This document shows positions 1-10,215 of a stretch of DNA of 64,000 bases, piece after piece. This DNA is from an uncultured Gammaproteobacteria bacterium. GTDB lineage: Bacteria > Patescibacteriota > Patescibacteriia > Veblenbacterales > UBA10138. The stretch spans positions 166,276 to 230,275 of the forward strand of contig CAYVOI010000001.1 in NCBI GenBank assembly GCA_964453605.1, written 5' to 3'. Both the position numbers and the translations under genes were made by a program. How positions within the stretch are numbered: the stretch's first letter is position 1; each line of letters begins with the position of its first letter. Below the pieces are notes generated by a model. That model was not told where the DNA came from and did no database searches. It saw only the letters and a program-made list of their open reading frames with translations.

Positions 1-14
1 TTTTATGGCCGGAT

Positions 15-359
15 GTGCCGGGCGCCATGATGCCCACCGCCGGGCAGCTGCCATTTTTTATTTTTCTCTCGGCACTCGAGTCGCTCGCGTTTGGCATCGG
101 CGTTGCGTTTTTACTCTTTGGCTGGGCTGCTCTTCAGCGCTCCGGACGCACCGATGTTTTTACGCGCCTGGCCCTTATTGCCACTGCTTGGCTCATTGCC
201 TCATGGTGGCCGCACGATAATATGCATCGGGTAAACGGCTTGGATATGGCGGGCCTTCTCAAGATTGAGTATACTTTCCATTTCACCCTCATCCTCTCGG
301 GGTTTATCGTTGCAGCATACCTGTGGCGAGAGCTTAAGCACGCCCAGCGTACATTCTAA
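15..359 (+). CDS. Small multi-pass membrane protein, probably 5'-truncated by the window edge
   Basis: Three hydrophobic segments and a SWWPHDNMH motif; reading frame is open to the window start. Confidence 0.65.
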   Translation: MPGAMMPTAGQLPFFIFLSALESLAFGIGVAFLLFGWAALQRSGRTDVFTRLALIATAWLIASWWPHDNMHRVNGLDMAGLLKIEYTFHFTLILSGFIVAAYLWRELKHAQRTF

Positions 360-609
360 GGCGTCTACAAAAATGCCGGCCAAGGGCATTTGTTTTGCGG
401 AGACTGCGGGATACGGTCTTATTCCAAAAAGTTCGAGATCGGGGATGCTCCAGCTTGTGATAGGTTAATCCCGCTCGCGGAGCGTAGGTACCTGAAGGGC
501 GAGAGCACTCCGTATATGTGGGGTGCTTGCTTGTTCTTAAAGCCAAGTTTTGGCAAAAACTGCTATAATGAAACCGGCGTTTTCAATACTAAAAACTAAG
601 GTTTTTTAT

Positions 610-3600
610 ATGAAAATGAGAATTTTGTTGAGCATAGTCTTAGCTGGTTTGCTGTTTATAAGCTCTAGCCCAGCCTGGGCTCAGCTGGGTGGGGTAACAC
701 CACCAGTAGAACCAGCGCCAGTTTCAACTCCGGCCGAGCCAACAGTGGTAACGCCGCCAGCTGATACAGTCACCACTCCTACTGAACCAGTTACCCAAAT
801 CGTCACTCCGCCAGCCGACACCACGGCGCCGGTAATTTCTGGCGTAGCCAACCTCTCGCTCGCCGAGCACGATGCCACGATTGTGTGGACCACTGATGAG
901 TTGGCTGTTTCGACACTTGAGTATGGCACGAGCGCAAGTTACGGGCAGCAGGCCACCTTAGGCGTCAGTGCGCTGCTCGCGCACACCGCAGTTCTTACTG
1001 GTCTTAGTTCGGGCACCACCTACTACTACTGTATTCACGCCGCCGACTTAGCAGGTAACGCCGCCAACTCTTGTGGCCATACGTTCACCACTGCTGCGCA
1101 AACTGTTGTTCTCGACACCACGCCGCCCGACGTTACGCTGGTAACCGTGTCGCCGGTCACTGCCACAGGAGCAACCATTACCTTCACCACCAGTGAAGTA
1201 GGGAATGCACGAGTTGAATACGGAACAACTGCTGGCTATGGACAATCGACGCCGCTCGATACCGACCTTGCGCTCTCGCACAGCGTAACACTTAGTGGTC
1301 TCACGCCGAACACGCTGTACCATTACCGAATTATTACGAGTGATGAAATTGGGAACGAGAACATAACTCCCGACGAAACATTTACCACCACTACCCTGGG
1401 CGCACAAGCCAATGTTGGTTCTGCTGATACCACGCCCCCGGTTATTTCGGGCGTGGGTACGGTTACCCTCGGGCTCACCGACGCTACCATTGTTTGGGAA
1501 ACGAATGAGCTTTCCATTTCCACACTTGAGTACGGCACCACGCCAAACTACGGCTCGCACGCTACGCTTCCCTTAAGCGCACTGCTTGCACACAGCGCGA
1601 CCTTAACTGGCCTTGCCGCCAGCACAACGTACTACTACTGCATTCACGCCACCGATATCGCCGGAAATTCGACCACCTCGTGTCCGCACTCCTTCACTAC
1701 CCAGGCTACTAGCTCAGGGGGGTATGAAGCTATGCCGAATGTGCCCGTTACGCCACCCCTACAACCGGTCGAGCCGCCCCAACTCCCACAAACTCCTACG
1801 CCCGAGGTGCCTGGCTCTGGCGGGCAACTAGCGACTGTCACTATTACTGCGGTTGAAGCCAGTACTGTGAGTCAGACCGAGGTAACCATCACCTGGCATA
1901 CGGATGTGCCAGCCGATTCGCAAGTGTTCTATGGTGACAGTGAAAATCTAGGTAGTGCTAGTGAACTAAGCTTGACCCTTACCACCTCACACTCGGTTAC
2001 ACTTTCTGGCCTTACACCGAATACGAACTATGTGTTCCGCGTACAATCGAAACCAGTTGGGGCCCTCACTGCTACCACCCCCGGCTACTACGAGTTTACC
2101 ACCTTAAGCCACGAGGTACCGATTGTGGCGCCAGCTAACATTATAGCCGTTTCAGCTAGTGGAATTACCGCTACCAGCGCCACCATTACCTGGTTAACTG
2201 ACAAAGCTGCCACAGCGCACGTGGAGTACGGCATTTCGCCAGGCTATGGTGTTGTGTCCACGTCCAACCTAACACTCGCGACATCTCACGCCATAACTCT
2301 GACCGACCTGGAGCCCGCTACCGCCTACCATTTCCGCGTGAGATCGGTTGACGAGGCAGAGAATGAAACATTTTCGGAAGATTATACGTTTACCACTGCT
2401 GTCGCACAGTCTGGTTCCTCTGGGGGTAGCAGTGCGCTCAGCACCCCGGCCGCTATTACCGGATTAAGTGTTGGGGGATACGACAACGCCTCGGTAGAAC
2501 TTGTGTGGCACACTGAGAGCGCTAACGCCGACGTAGCCGCGCTCTACGATATTCGCTATAGTACTTCTCCCATTACTGCCGCAAGTTTCGAGAACGCTTC
2601 CCCTGCCCAAGCCACGCCAATTTACTACGGTGATGTAAGTCCACAGGGCACCACGCGCGCCTACATTGTGGCGGGGCTAGAGCCAAACACTATGTATTAT
2701 TTTGCGCTTACGTCGAAGCATGAGGCGAGCGCGTACTCCGATATATCAAACGTAGTTTCAATTACTACCAATAACACGAGCGTAGATACAGGAGCAGGAG
2801 AAGCTACGCCTGGTGTAGGGTCTAGTGCAGTGGGTGGTGGTAGCAGTGCTGGTGGTGGGGCTCTTGGTGGCTCAGTCAGTACACCGTACGGTGATGGCTC
2901 TGGCGGTACGTCCAGCGGGAGCTTTGAACCAACCATGGTAAAAGCCGAACCGGTTGACGGACAAATTGTTTTTTCCTGGCGTAACCCTGGAGAGCAGAAC
3001 TTCGTGCGTACGGTAATTGTGCGTAAAGTAGGTGGGTACCCATCATCGCCGGCCGACGGCACAACTATTTACGAAGGCCGCGGTGCCACCTACGCCGATA
3101 CCGTCCTTACGAATGGTGTAACGTACTTCTACGCGCTGTACTCCTATAACCACAGTAAAATCTACTCAAAAGGGCTATTGGTTTCCTTGGCGCCCAAGGC
3201 TGACATCAGGCAAGTACAGTTCAATGAAGGCGGAACACTGACCACCGTTGGCCCCGTATTCCATTTTGTCCGCAGCTGGAAACGGGGTGACAAGAACATC
3301 GAGATAGAACACTTGCAGGAGCTGTTGGTGGCTGATCGCGATTCATACCCCGAGCAGTACATCACCGGCTACTTCGGGGCACTCACCGAGGCAGCGCTCA
3401 GGCGTTTTCAGAAAAAGCACGGCCTCCCACAAACGGGAATTGTCGACGCCGCTACACAGAAGGAGCTGAATACTGTATCGCAGTCAGAAACCAGGTTGAA
3501 TATTCCCACCGACCTGGTGGTGTTTACTACCGATCTCAAGTTTGGGGATAGGGGCGAGGCGGTGAAAGATTTGCAACAGTACCTTATCTACGAAGGTAGT

Positions 3601-3747
3601 TACGCGGAGGCTATAATCAGTGGCTACTTTAGTACCTACACCTGGAAGGCGGTAAGGGCGTTCCAGGCCAAGTACACCATTAGCCCCGTCTCGGGCTACG
3701 TGGGGTATAAAACACGGCACAAGATGCAGCAGCTTGTCGGGTTATAA
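610..3747 (+). CDS. Large secreted surface protein with multiple fibronectin type III-like repeats and C-terminal peptidoglycan-binding domains
   Basis: Signal peptide MKMRILLSIVLAGLLFISSSPAWA; repeated ATIxWxTDE..S.LEYG....YG..H..TL.GL...T.Y.Y units; C-terminal LQ.LL..G.FG..T..A...FQK..GL...G.VD motifs (PG_binding_1-like). Start moved to ATG 610. Confidence 0.85.
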   Translation: MKMRILLSIVLAGLLFISSSPAWAQLGGVTPPVEPAPVSTPAEPTVVTPPADTVTTPTEPVTQIVTPPADTTAPVISGVANLSLAEHDATIVWTTDELAVSTLEYGTSASYGQQATLGVSALLAHTAVLTGLSSGTTYYYCIHAADLAGNAANSCGHTFTTAAQTVVLDTTPPDVTLVTVSPVTATGATITFTTSEVGNARVEYGTTAGYGQSTPLDTDLALSHSVTLSGLTPNTLYHYRIITSDEIGNENITPDETFTTTTLGAQANVGSADTTPPVISGVGTVTLGLTDATIVWETNELSISTLEYGTTPNYGSHATLPLSALLAHSATLTGLAASTTYYYCIHATDIAGNSTTSCPHSFTTQATSSGGYEAMPNVPVTPPLQPVEPPQLPQTPTPEVPGSGGQLATVTITAVEASTVSQTEVTITWHTDVPADSQVFYGDSENLGSASELSLTLTTSHSVTLSGLTPNTNYVFRVQSKPVGALTATTPGYYEFTTLSHEVPIVAPANIIAVSASGITATSATITWLTDKAATAHVEYGISPGYGVVSTSNLTLATSHAITLTDLEPATAYHFRVRSVDEAENETFSEDYTFTTAVAQSGSSGGSSALSTPAAITGLSVGGYDNASVELVWHTESANADVAALYDIRYSTSPITAASFENASPAQATPIYYGDVSPQGTTRAYIVAGLEPNTMYYFALTSKHEASAYSDISNVVSITTNNTSVDTGAGEATPGVGSSAVGGGSSAGGGALGGSVSTPYGDGSGGTSSGSFEPTMVKAEPVDGQIVFSWRNPGEQNFVRTVIVRKVGGYPSSPADGTTIYEGRGATYADTVLTNGVTYFYALYSYNHSKIYSKGLLVSLAPKADIRQVQFNEGGTLTTVGPVFHFVRSWKRGDKNIEIEHLQELLVADRDSYPEQYITGYFGALTEAALRRFQKKHGLPQTGIVDAATQKELNTVSQSETRLNIPTDLVVFTTDLKFGDRGEAVKDLQQYLIYEGSYAEAIISGYFSTYTWKAVRAFQAKYTISPVSGYVGYKTRHKMQQLVGL

Positions 3748-3909
3748 GGTGTACCATTCAGGTGTGTTTGTGTCGGCACCTTCCTCAAGGTGCCGCTGAC
3801 CTACGTGGTGCTCCTGGATGGTTTTGGCATGGCAATGCTGGCGTTCGTATTAATTTTCCTTTGAGCTAGGACCGTGCTAGGATATTTATGTTCTTCCACC
3901 CGGTAAAAC

Positions 3910-4959
3910 ATGAGTTGGTACGTAAGGCAATTCATCACCTGGCTTGCACCCATCGTTCTAGCGATGGCTGCTCTTACGCTGTTCCAACTGCAAGTCCATG
4001 AGCCATATGTAACCCAGCCAATCCCACCGCCCGCCACCCCGGCCGCTGCCCCAGCCAACCGCAGCCAACTGCAGCATAACATTAACGAACTCCTGGCGTT
4101 GGTGGATACCCATAACCCCCGCTTGGCGCTGCAAGAGCTGGCCAAGCGGATGCAGGTGAACAGCGAAGTGTTCAAGAATTGCCACGGCATCGCCCACACC
4201 ATCGGGCATGAGGCGTACAAGAAATACCGGGATTTTGTAATCGCCCTCCAGTACCAGGATAGCGTTTGTAGTGATGGCTACCTGCACGGTATCATTGAGG
4301 AGCGGTTTAGCTACGCCACGAGCGTAACCGCCTTGGCCAAGGAAATGAGCACCATATGCCACAGCGCCGTGGTAGCCGCCGGACGCTGCTACCACGGGGT
4401 TGGCCACGGGCTCATGTACTTTACTGGCAATGACCTGCCCCAAGCTATTCACCTGTGCGGCAGGTATAAGGGTGCCCCGCAGAGCCGCTGCTTTGAGGGC
4501 GTATTCATGGAGAATTTCATTTCCGACGACATCATTCACCCCTCTAGCTATCGCAGTAAGGAAGCGTTATTCTACCCCTGCCCCACTGAACCGTCCGGGT
4601 TGAAGTCGTACTGTTACTTCTACGTGCCATATTTTTACCGCAGCCTGCACGGTAACGACTACAGCCAGGCCCTCGCCTGGTGTACTACAGCTGAGCGGGC
4701 TGGCGTACTGCCGTGCATTCGGGGTGTGGGTAGCCTGGTTATGAAAAATCACCTTGATCAACCAAGCTACGCTGAACACGTCTGCAGCCAGCTACCAACC
4801 AAGCAGGCCCCCTACTGCATCGATGGTATGGTGAGTTACTATTTGACGTTTTACGACCACCTGGACCTGGCTGAGAACATGTGCGACCACCTGGCGGTGA
4901 GCAACCAGCCCGCCTGTCGGAGCGCAATTGTGCACCGCGATAAGCTGTTTGCTGATTAA
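3910..4959 (+). CDS. Membrane-anchored Cys/His-rich hypothetical protein
   Basis: N-terminal TM segment; repeated motifs CHGIAHTIGH, CSDGYLHG, CYHGVGHG, CFEGVF, CIRGVG, CIDGMV. Confidence 0.8.
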   Translation: MSWYVRQFITWLAPIVLAMAALTLFQLQVHEPYVTQPIPPPATPAAAPANRSQLQHNINELLALVDTHNPRLALQELAKRMQVNSEVFKNCHGIAHTIGHEAYKKYRDFVIALQYQDSVCSDGYLHGIIEERFSYATSVTALAKEMSTICHSAVVAAGRCYHGVGHGLMYFTGNDLPQAIHLCGRYKGAPQSRCFEGVFMENFISDDIIHPSSYRSKEALFYPCPTEPSGLKSYCYFYVPYFYRSLHGNDYSQALAWCTTAERAGVLPCIRGVGSLVMKNHLDQPSYAEHVCSQLPTKQAPYCIDGMVSYYLTFYDHLDLAENMCDHLAVSNQPACRSAIVHRDKLFAD

Positions 4960-4970
4960 CTCCTACGCCT

Positions 4971-5393
4971 GTGGCCAAGGTGCTAGTTACCACCATAGCT
5001 CTACTGCTGTTGGGTGCCGCTTGCGCCCACCCCCCGGCAGCCAGCCAAGCCCCCCTGCCCCCAGCCCAGGCTTCTCACCTCGCGCCCGCCCCGGCTGAGC
5101 CGGCTCTGTACCGGGTAGGGCACGTTACCTGGCACCCCCAGGGGTTTGTAAACCAACCTGTTCGTATCGTGGGGTACCTCCTGAGGCGCGAGGTGGGCTA
5201 CCTTTTATTTTCTGATGAAAACCACGGCCCGGTAACCCTGCACGACTTACCGGTTACTGGTTCCGGCCTTGATCTGGTAGCGTTCGGCCCAAAGTATCTA
5301 CTGTCGGGCGTGTTCCTGCCGTCCGGGTTGGTAGCGAGCAATAAGAACCCCTACCACTTGCAGCTTACCAGCCCGCCGCGGGTAGCACCCTAG
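4971..5393 (+). CDS. Putative lipoprotein
   Basis: Hydrophobic leader ending LLGAAC (lipobox-like), Pro/Ala linker; directly follows the previous gene. Confidence 0.65.
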   Translation: MAKVLVTTIALLLLGAACAHPPAASQAPLPPAQASHLAPAPAEPALYRVGHVTWHPQGFVNQPVRIVGYLLRREVGYLLFSDENHGPVTLHDLPVTGSGLDLVAFGPKYLLSGVFLPSGLVASNKNPYHLQLTSPPRVAP

Positions 5394-5470
5394 TGCGAGG
5401 TGATTTGGTGTTTGGAAAAATCGGCTGCGCCTGCTACCATAGAACTACTTAAGCATTAAACAGGTCACCT

Positions 5471-5863
5471 ATGAACCCCGTAGTGCACTTTGAAATGCCG
5501 TACGAAGACCAAGACCGGCTGATACAGTTTTACTCCAGTGCGTTTGGCTGGAACATGCAAAAGACTGGTAAGGAAATGGGCGACTACGTTACCGCCTGGA
5601 CCGCTGAAACTGATGAGAACAGAATGGTAAAAACTCCCGGCGCAATTAACGGCGGCTTCTTCCCCAAGAAGCCAGACTGGCCGGCGCAGTACCCCTCGGT
5701 AGTTATTTCGGTAGCCGATATTAAAGCTGCTATGAGCAAAGTTACCGAGGCTGGCGGTAAGGTGCTGGGCGAACCGATGGAAATACCGGGCATTGGCAGC
5801 TACGTTTCGTTTACCGACACCGAGGGTAACCGCGTAAGCTTACTCCAGCCTAAGGGAATGTAG
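5471..5863 (+). CDS. VOC/glyoxalase family protein
   Basis: VVHFEM...FY..AFGW, GAINGG and F.DTEGN motifs. Confidence 0.9.
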   Translation: MNPVVHFEMPYEDQDRLIQFYSSAFGWNMQKTGKEMGDYVTAWTAETDENRMVKTPGAINGGFFPKKPDWPAQYPSVVISVADIKAAMSKVTEAGGKVLGEPMEIPGIGSYVSFTDTEGNRVSLLQPKGM

Positions 5864-5865
5864 CC

Positions 5866-6087
5866 ATGCCTAAGAAGCACGTTGTCAAACACCGCGACGG
5901 CAGCGTGTGGGGCAGAGGTTACCTCAGAAACGGTAAACCTGATGGGTACTGGGAGTGGTTTAGAACCGACGGCACCAAAATGCGCTCCGGCCACTTTAAA
6001 AACGGCCAGAACGTTGGTGAGTGGATAACGTACGACCATAAGGGCAAAGTGTATAAAGTAACAACGCTTAAACCTAAGAAGAGCTAA
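5866..6087 (+). CDS. Small MORN-variant repeat protein (YwqK-like)
   Basis: GKPDGYWEWFRTDG and G.NVGEW..YD..G repeats. Confidence 0.75.
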   Translation: MPKKHVVKHRDGSVWGRGYLRNGKPDGYWEWFRTDGTKMRSGHFKNGQNVGEWITYDHKGKVYKVTTLKPKKS

Positions 6088-6102
6088 TCTATATCTATAT
6101 CT

Positions 6103-6561
6103 ATGGCAAAAATAACCCCTCACCTGTGGTACAACACGCAGGCAAAAGAGGCCGCTGAGTACTACGTTTCGGTGTTTCCGAATTCCAAGATTACCAACGT
6201 CACCACCCTACACAACACGCCATCGGGTGACTGTGATATTGTTTCGTTCGAACTTGTGGGCCAACCGTTCATGGCTATGAGCGCTGGACCGTTGTTTAAG
6301 TTTAATGAATCTATTTCCTTCATTGTGTCATGTGAAAACCAGGAGGAGATTGACTACTACTGGGGCAAGCTTTCGGCCGTGCCTGAGTCTGAACAGTGTG
6401 GTTGGTGCAAAGACAAGTTTGGTCTTTCTTGGCAGGTTGTGCCTGCCGATATGGCAAAAATAATGAGCCAAGGCACGCCGGAGCAAATTGATAGGGTGAC
6501 CCAGGCGCTCCTCAAGATGAAAAAGTTTGACCTGGCCACCCTAGAACAGGTGTACAAGTAG
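6103..6561 (+). CDS. VOC family protein (PhnB / 3-demethylubiquinone-9 3-methyltransferase-like)
   Basis: [40 protein letters not shown]. Confidence 0.9.
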   Translation: MAKITPHLWYNTQAKEAAEYYVSVFPNSKITNVTTLHNTPSGDCDIVSFELVGQPFMAMSAGPLFKFNESISFIVSCENQEEIDYYWGKLSAVPESEQCGWCKDKFGLSWQVVPADMAKIMSQGTPEQIDRVTQALLKMKKFDLATLEQVYK

Positions 6562-6638
6562 GCTTACGTCCCAGGTGTCGACAGTACCATAAACGCCAAC
6601 CTCAGTTGGCGTTTATGTATTGCATGGAGGTATATGGG

Positions 6639-6812
6639 CTACGCCTCTTTGATATTGGCGCGCATAGCTGCATTACTCAAACCTTTAGCCATGTCGGGAT
6701 GTTCAACCTTAACGTGGGACATCATGGCGTTCATAACTTCTTTGTCAGTTTCACCTTGCGCCACAAAGGGGCAGTCGGCCATGCCCATGCTGGCACAGGA
6801 AAGCGTTTTCAT
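6639..6812 (-). CDS. DUF1059-like small metal-binding protein (57 aa, absent from the ORF track)
   Basis: Hand translation MKTLSCASMGMADCPFVAQGETDKEVMNAMMSHVKVEHPDMAKGLSNAAMRANIKEA; same Cys-Cys...HxxxxH pattern as 7052 and 11129. Confidence 0.85.
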   Translation of the reverse strand: MKTLSCASMGMADCPFVAQGETDKEVMNAMMSHVKVEHPDMAKGLSNAAMRANIKEA

Positions 6813-7051
6813 AAAGCGTTAGTAGTTAGTTGATAAACCAACAGCGCGTAGAGCGCTGTTGGGTGCTTACCAGCATCTTAAAGAGTACTAGTAAACACAG
6901 AGTACAGCATAGCTTGGGCATAATGAATTAAGTGTGAACGTTTCGCTCATTGTTTGAAACACTAGTGCAGTTATGAGCGTTATATACCTACGCGTGGACG
7001 TGGCCCCGAGGTTGCGTCCAGGTGCGTTAACTATTAACCTGCATAAGGTTT

Positions 7052-7237
7052 ATGAAAATCTTATCGTGTGCTGACCTCGGCGTAGCTGATTGTAATTTTG
7101 TAGCTCGCGGTCAGAGTGAGCAGGAGGTTATTGGTAAGATGATGTCGCACGCCAAGCCCAGCCATCCGGACCTCCTGAAGACAGACCCCAAGCAGATGGT
7201 CTCGCTCATCAAGGAGCAGGTACCAGTTTCTGCCTAA
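7052..7237 (+). CDS. DUF1059-like small metal-binding protein
   Basis: MKILSCADLGVADCNFVARGQSEQEV...HAKPSH. Confidence 0.85.
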   Translation: MKILSCADLGVADCNFVARGQSEQEVIGKMMSHAKPSHPDLLKTDPKQMVSLIKEQVPVSA

Positions 7238-7247
7238 GTACATTATT

Positions 7248-7281
7248 AACCCAGGCCGCAGCGGAGGCTGCGGCCTGGGTT
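7248..7281. terminator. Intrinsic terminator hairpin
   Basis: aacccaggccgcagc-ggag-gctgcggcctgggtt followed by a T-rich tract. Confidence 0.75.
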
Positions 7282-7352
7282 GTTTGTGCTGTAATTGAAA
7301 CCGTTTGGTATACTGGGCGTTATATAGGTAACGGGATTCTTATTTCTTTCGC

Positions 7353-8375
7353 ATGTTGATGTGGAAACGCTGTAGCACGTTGGTCGCAGCTCTAGTGGTA
7401 GTGTGGGCGCAGTTTCCCGTGACTACTACCCTGGCCCAAGAAACTAGGCCAATAGTTTTCCCTACCGACGTTACCCAAACCACCTTTAGTGATGACTTTG
7501 GCGACCTACGTGCTGGGCACCTGCACGAGGGCATAGACATACTGGGCCGGAAAATGCTCCCCCTGTACTCGGCCGTTAACGGCTGGGTGAGGTACGTGGT
7601 TATTCCTGAAGCTTCCTACGGTTACGCCATAGTGCTCGAGGATGTTGATGGCTACACGTACCACTACCTGCACGTAAACAACGACAACCCAGGTACCGAC
7701 GATGGCTTAGGCGGCCCTGAGCACGCCTACGCCCCGGGTATTGAGCGTGGCGCCGCCGTTACCAAGGGGCAGCTCGTAGGCTGGATGGGGGACAGTGGTA
7801 ATGCGGAGAACGTGGGACCTCACCTGCACTTTGAAATTCGTTTACCCGACGGCACAGCTATTGACCCCTACCCAAGCTTAGTAGCTGCCCGCAACGTTGG
7901 CAGCTACAGCGTGAGCGAGGCCTTGGCAGGTAGCCCGGACATTAACACTGACAAGGGGTTACTGGCTATACCCGGTGTAACGCCACCTTGTGTGTCAGGC
8001 CGCAGGATTAAGCTCGCCACCTCCCGCGCCGTGTACTACTGCGGAGCCGATGGTAAGCGCTACGTGTTTCCCAACACCAAGGTGTACTACAGCTGGTACC
8101 GTGACTTTACCGGTGTCACCGTGCTAACAGCCCCACAAATGGCCAACATACCTCTCGGAGGCAACGTTACCTACCGCCCAGGCTACCGCATGATAAAAAT
8201 TCAAACCGACCCCAAGGTCTACGTAGTAGGGAAGAGTGGGGTTTTGGGCTGGGTAGGGTCGCAGGCTCTAGCTGCTGAGCTCTACGGCGACGCTTGGGCT
8301 ACTAAGGTGGACGACGTGCCCGATGCGTTTTTTGTGAACTACCAAGTGGGCGAACCAATCTTACGAGCCCGGTAG
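7353..8375 (+). CDS. M23 family metallopeptidase with C-terminal cell-surface domain
   Basis: HEGID and HLHFEI zinc motifs; signal peptide. Confidence 0.9.
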   Translation: MLMWKRCSTLVAALVVVWAQFPVTTTLAQETRPIVFPTDVTQTTFSDDFGDLRAGHLHEGIDILGRKMLPLYSAVNGWVRYVVIPEASYGYAIVLEDVDGYTYHYLHVNNDNPGTDDGLGGPEHAYAPGIERGAAVTKGQLVGWMGDSGNAENVGPHLHFEIRLPDGTAIDPYPSLVAARNVGSYSVSEALAGSPDINTDKGLLAIPGVTPPCVSGRRIKLATSRAVYYCGADGKRYVFPNTKVYYSWYRDFTGVTVLTAPQMANIPLGGNVTYRPGYRMIKIQTDPKVYVVGKSGVLGWVGSQALAAELYGDAWATKVDDVPDAFFVNYQVGEPILRAR

Positions 8376-8400
8376 TGGTTTTGTGGTGTATACTAAGAGT

Positions 8401-8895
8401 ATGCGCTACAGCCAAGAGCAGTACGTGTGGGAAACACTCCGACTCGTGATGGGTTGGCTGTTCCTCTGGGCTTTTTTCGACAAGCTGTTTGGGTTAGGGT
8501 TTGCGACGCTGCCTGACAAGGCTTGGGCGGGGGGCGCCTCGCCAACCTACTGGTTTTTGAAGTTTGCTGCCACTGGCGCCATGGGTAGCTTTTACCACCA
8601 CCTGGCTGGTAGTGGACTAGTGGATTGGTTGTTCATGCTAGGGTTGCTAGCAGTGGGGGTAAGCTTAACACTCGGCATACTAGTGCGGTTGGGGAGTTTA
8701 CTGGGGGTGCTGATGGTACTGCTTATGTTTACCGCCCTCTCGCTCCCACCCGCCAACAACCCGCTGTTTGATGAGCACATTGTGTATGCCGTGGTCTTTT
8801 TTGGTATTCACGTTACCCGGCCTGGGTTGTGGCTTGGCTTAGGCAACTGGTGGCGCAGTACCACGTTGGTACGGGGGTACCCGTGGTTAGAGTAA
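8401..8895 (+). CDS. DoxX/DoxD family membrane protein
   Basis: LRLVMGWLFLWAFFDKLFG and NPLFDEHIVY; ATG 8401 lies just after a TATACT box. Confidence 0.85.
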   Translation: MRYSQEQYVWETLRLVMGWLFLWAFFDKLFGLGFATLPDKAWAGGASPTYWFLKFAATGAMGSFYHHLAGSGLVDWLFMLGLLAVGVSLTLGILVRLGSLLGVLMVLLMFTALSLPPANNPLFDEHIVYAVVFFGIHVTRPGLWLGLGNWWRSTTLVRGYPWLE

Positions 8896-8908
8896 ACGTG
8901 TACAGAGG

Positions 8909-8946
8909 TAACAAAACATCCCGCTGGCCGGCGGGATGTTTTGTTA
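8909..8946. terminator. Bidirectional terminator
   Basis: taacaaaacatcccgc..gcgggatgttttgtta inverted repeat between convergent genes. Confidence 0.8.
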
Positions 8947-8962
8947 AGCCTAATGTAAAGAC

Positions 8963-9430
8963 TTAGAGGTTGTCCTGGCCTTGGCCGCCGCCTTCTTCAC
9001 CAGGGCTGCCGTGGCAAGCCTTGGCATCGGTACGGAACGTGCCCCAGGCAGATTTCACAGCCTTGTTATAGTCCATGCGCGCGGTACGCTTGGCCTTACG
9101 GAAGGCACTCCAGGCAGCGCGAATGGCAGCCCGGCGTGCCTTGGTATCAGTCATGCCCCAGGCGGTGTGGAGGGCCGAGGTGCGTGCTGACAGTGCGCTC
9201 TGCATAGCGGTGTTAAAGGCGTTCCAGGCGCTCACCGTGGCAGCTTCGCGCTTGTCGACTGCGCTCGTCATACAGGCGAGATCAACTGGTGACTTCGTCA
9301 TCATGTGTTCGCCGGTGTTCGTATTTGCGTTCGAGTTGGAGCTCTCGTCGTTAGCCTGGGCTGCCAGCGCAAAAACGCCGGTTAAGGCCAGGGTAGCGAG
9401 TGAGGCTCCTAAAATTTTCTTCAAGTGCAT
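8963..9430 (-). CDS. Secreted helical hypothetical protein
   Basis: Signal peptide; Ala/Arg/Lys-rich helical body bracketed by two Cys. Confidence 0.75.
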   Translation of the reverse strand: MHLKKILGASLATLALTGVFALAAQANDESSNSNANTNTGEHMMTKSPVDLACMTSAVDKREAATVSAWNAFNTAMQSALSARTSALHTAWGMTDTKARRAAIRAAWSAFRKAKRTARMDYNKAVKSAWGTFRTDAKACHGSPGEEGGGQGQDNL

Positions 9431-9596
9431 AAGGTAGTGGTTAATGGTTATAGAGTAAAACGTTCGACCTTTGGGTGGTTACTACTATTATACGATATTT
9501 TACCAGATAAAGTTTCTCCTCCCTAGGCATATGTTCCTGAGGGGCCCTGGTTAACGTCAAAAAACCGCTAAGCTAAGGGTTTGGTATACTAGAGGC

Positions 9597-10211
9597 ATGC
9601 CAACGTTTGGTTTTACCGCCAGCGAACTTAAGGTTTTTAGGTCACTCCGTACTCCAGCCCTGATTCAGGACTTTTTGAACCGTATCCCCATTGTGGGAAA
9701 GGGCGGGGACCGCTGTCGGAGCCCCCGGCTGGTCCTTAAAGAACACCGGGCGCACTGTGTGGAGGGCGCGCTGTTAGGGGCTGCAGCCTTGAGGTTCTTA
9801 GGGTACCCGCCACTCATTGTAGATCTCCGATCTGCGCAACCAGACTATGACCACGTGGTGGCGGTGTGGCGTGCCCAGGGCCGCTGGGGAGCTTTGAGTA
9901 AAACAAACTACGGGGTGCTCCGGTACCGCGAACCCATTTACCGTGACATTCACGAGTTGGCTATGTCGTACTTTCATGAGTACTTTTTAGATACCGGCCG
10001 CAAAACGTTGCGGGACTTTTCTAAGCCTTTTGACCTCAGGCGTTTTGACAAGCGGCGATGGATGACCGTCGAAGAGGACGTGTGGTACATTCCCGAGGCT
10101 TTGGACAAGGTAGCACACACCGCGATACTGACCCCAGCGCAGGTGCGGAAGCTCCGGCGTGCCGACCCAATTGAAATTAAGCTGGGGAAACTTCGGCAGT
10201 GGAAGCCGTGA
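9597..10211 (+). CDS. Conserved hypothetical protein, possibly transglutaminase-like
   Basis: AHCVEGAL, DHVVA and LRYREPIYR motifs; TATACT box 6 nt before ATG. Confidence 0.75.
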   Translation: MPTFGFTASELKVFRSLRTPALIQDFLNRIPIVGKGGDRCRSPRLVLKEHRAHCVEGALLGAAALRFLGYPPLIVDLRSAQPDYDHVVAVWRAQGRWGALSKTNYGVLRYREPIYRDIHELAMSYFHEYFLDTGRKTLRDFSKPFDLRRFDKRRWMTVEEDVWYIPEALDKVAHTAILTPAQVRKLRRADPIEIKLGKLRQWKP

Positions 10212-10215
10212 GGTT

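Noticed and set aside
360-600. Short ORFs (390-599 etc.) and a tRNA-3'-like fragment near 395-412
   Set aside because: No recognisable motif or cloverleaf; insufficient support
6086-6104. ATCTAT x3 before the VOC gene
   Set aside because: Too short; simple microsatellite
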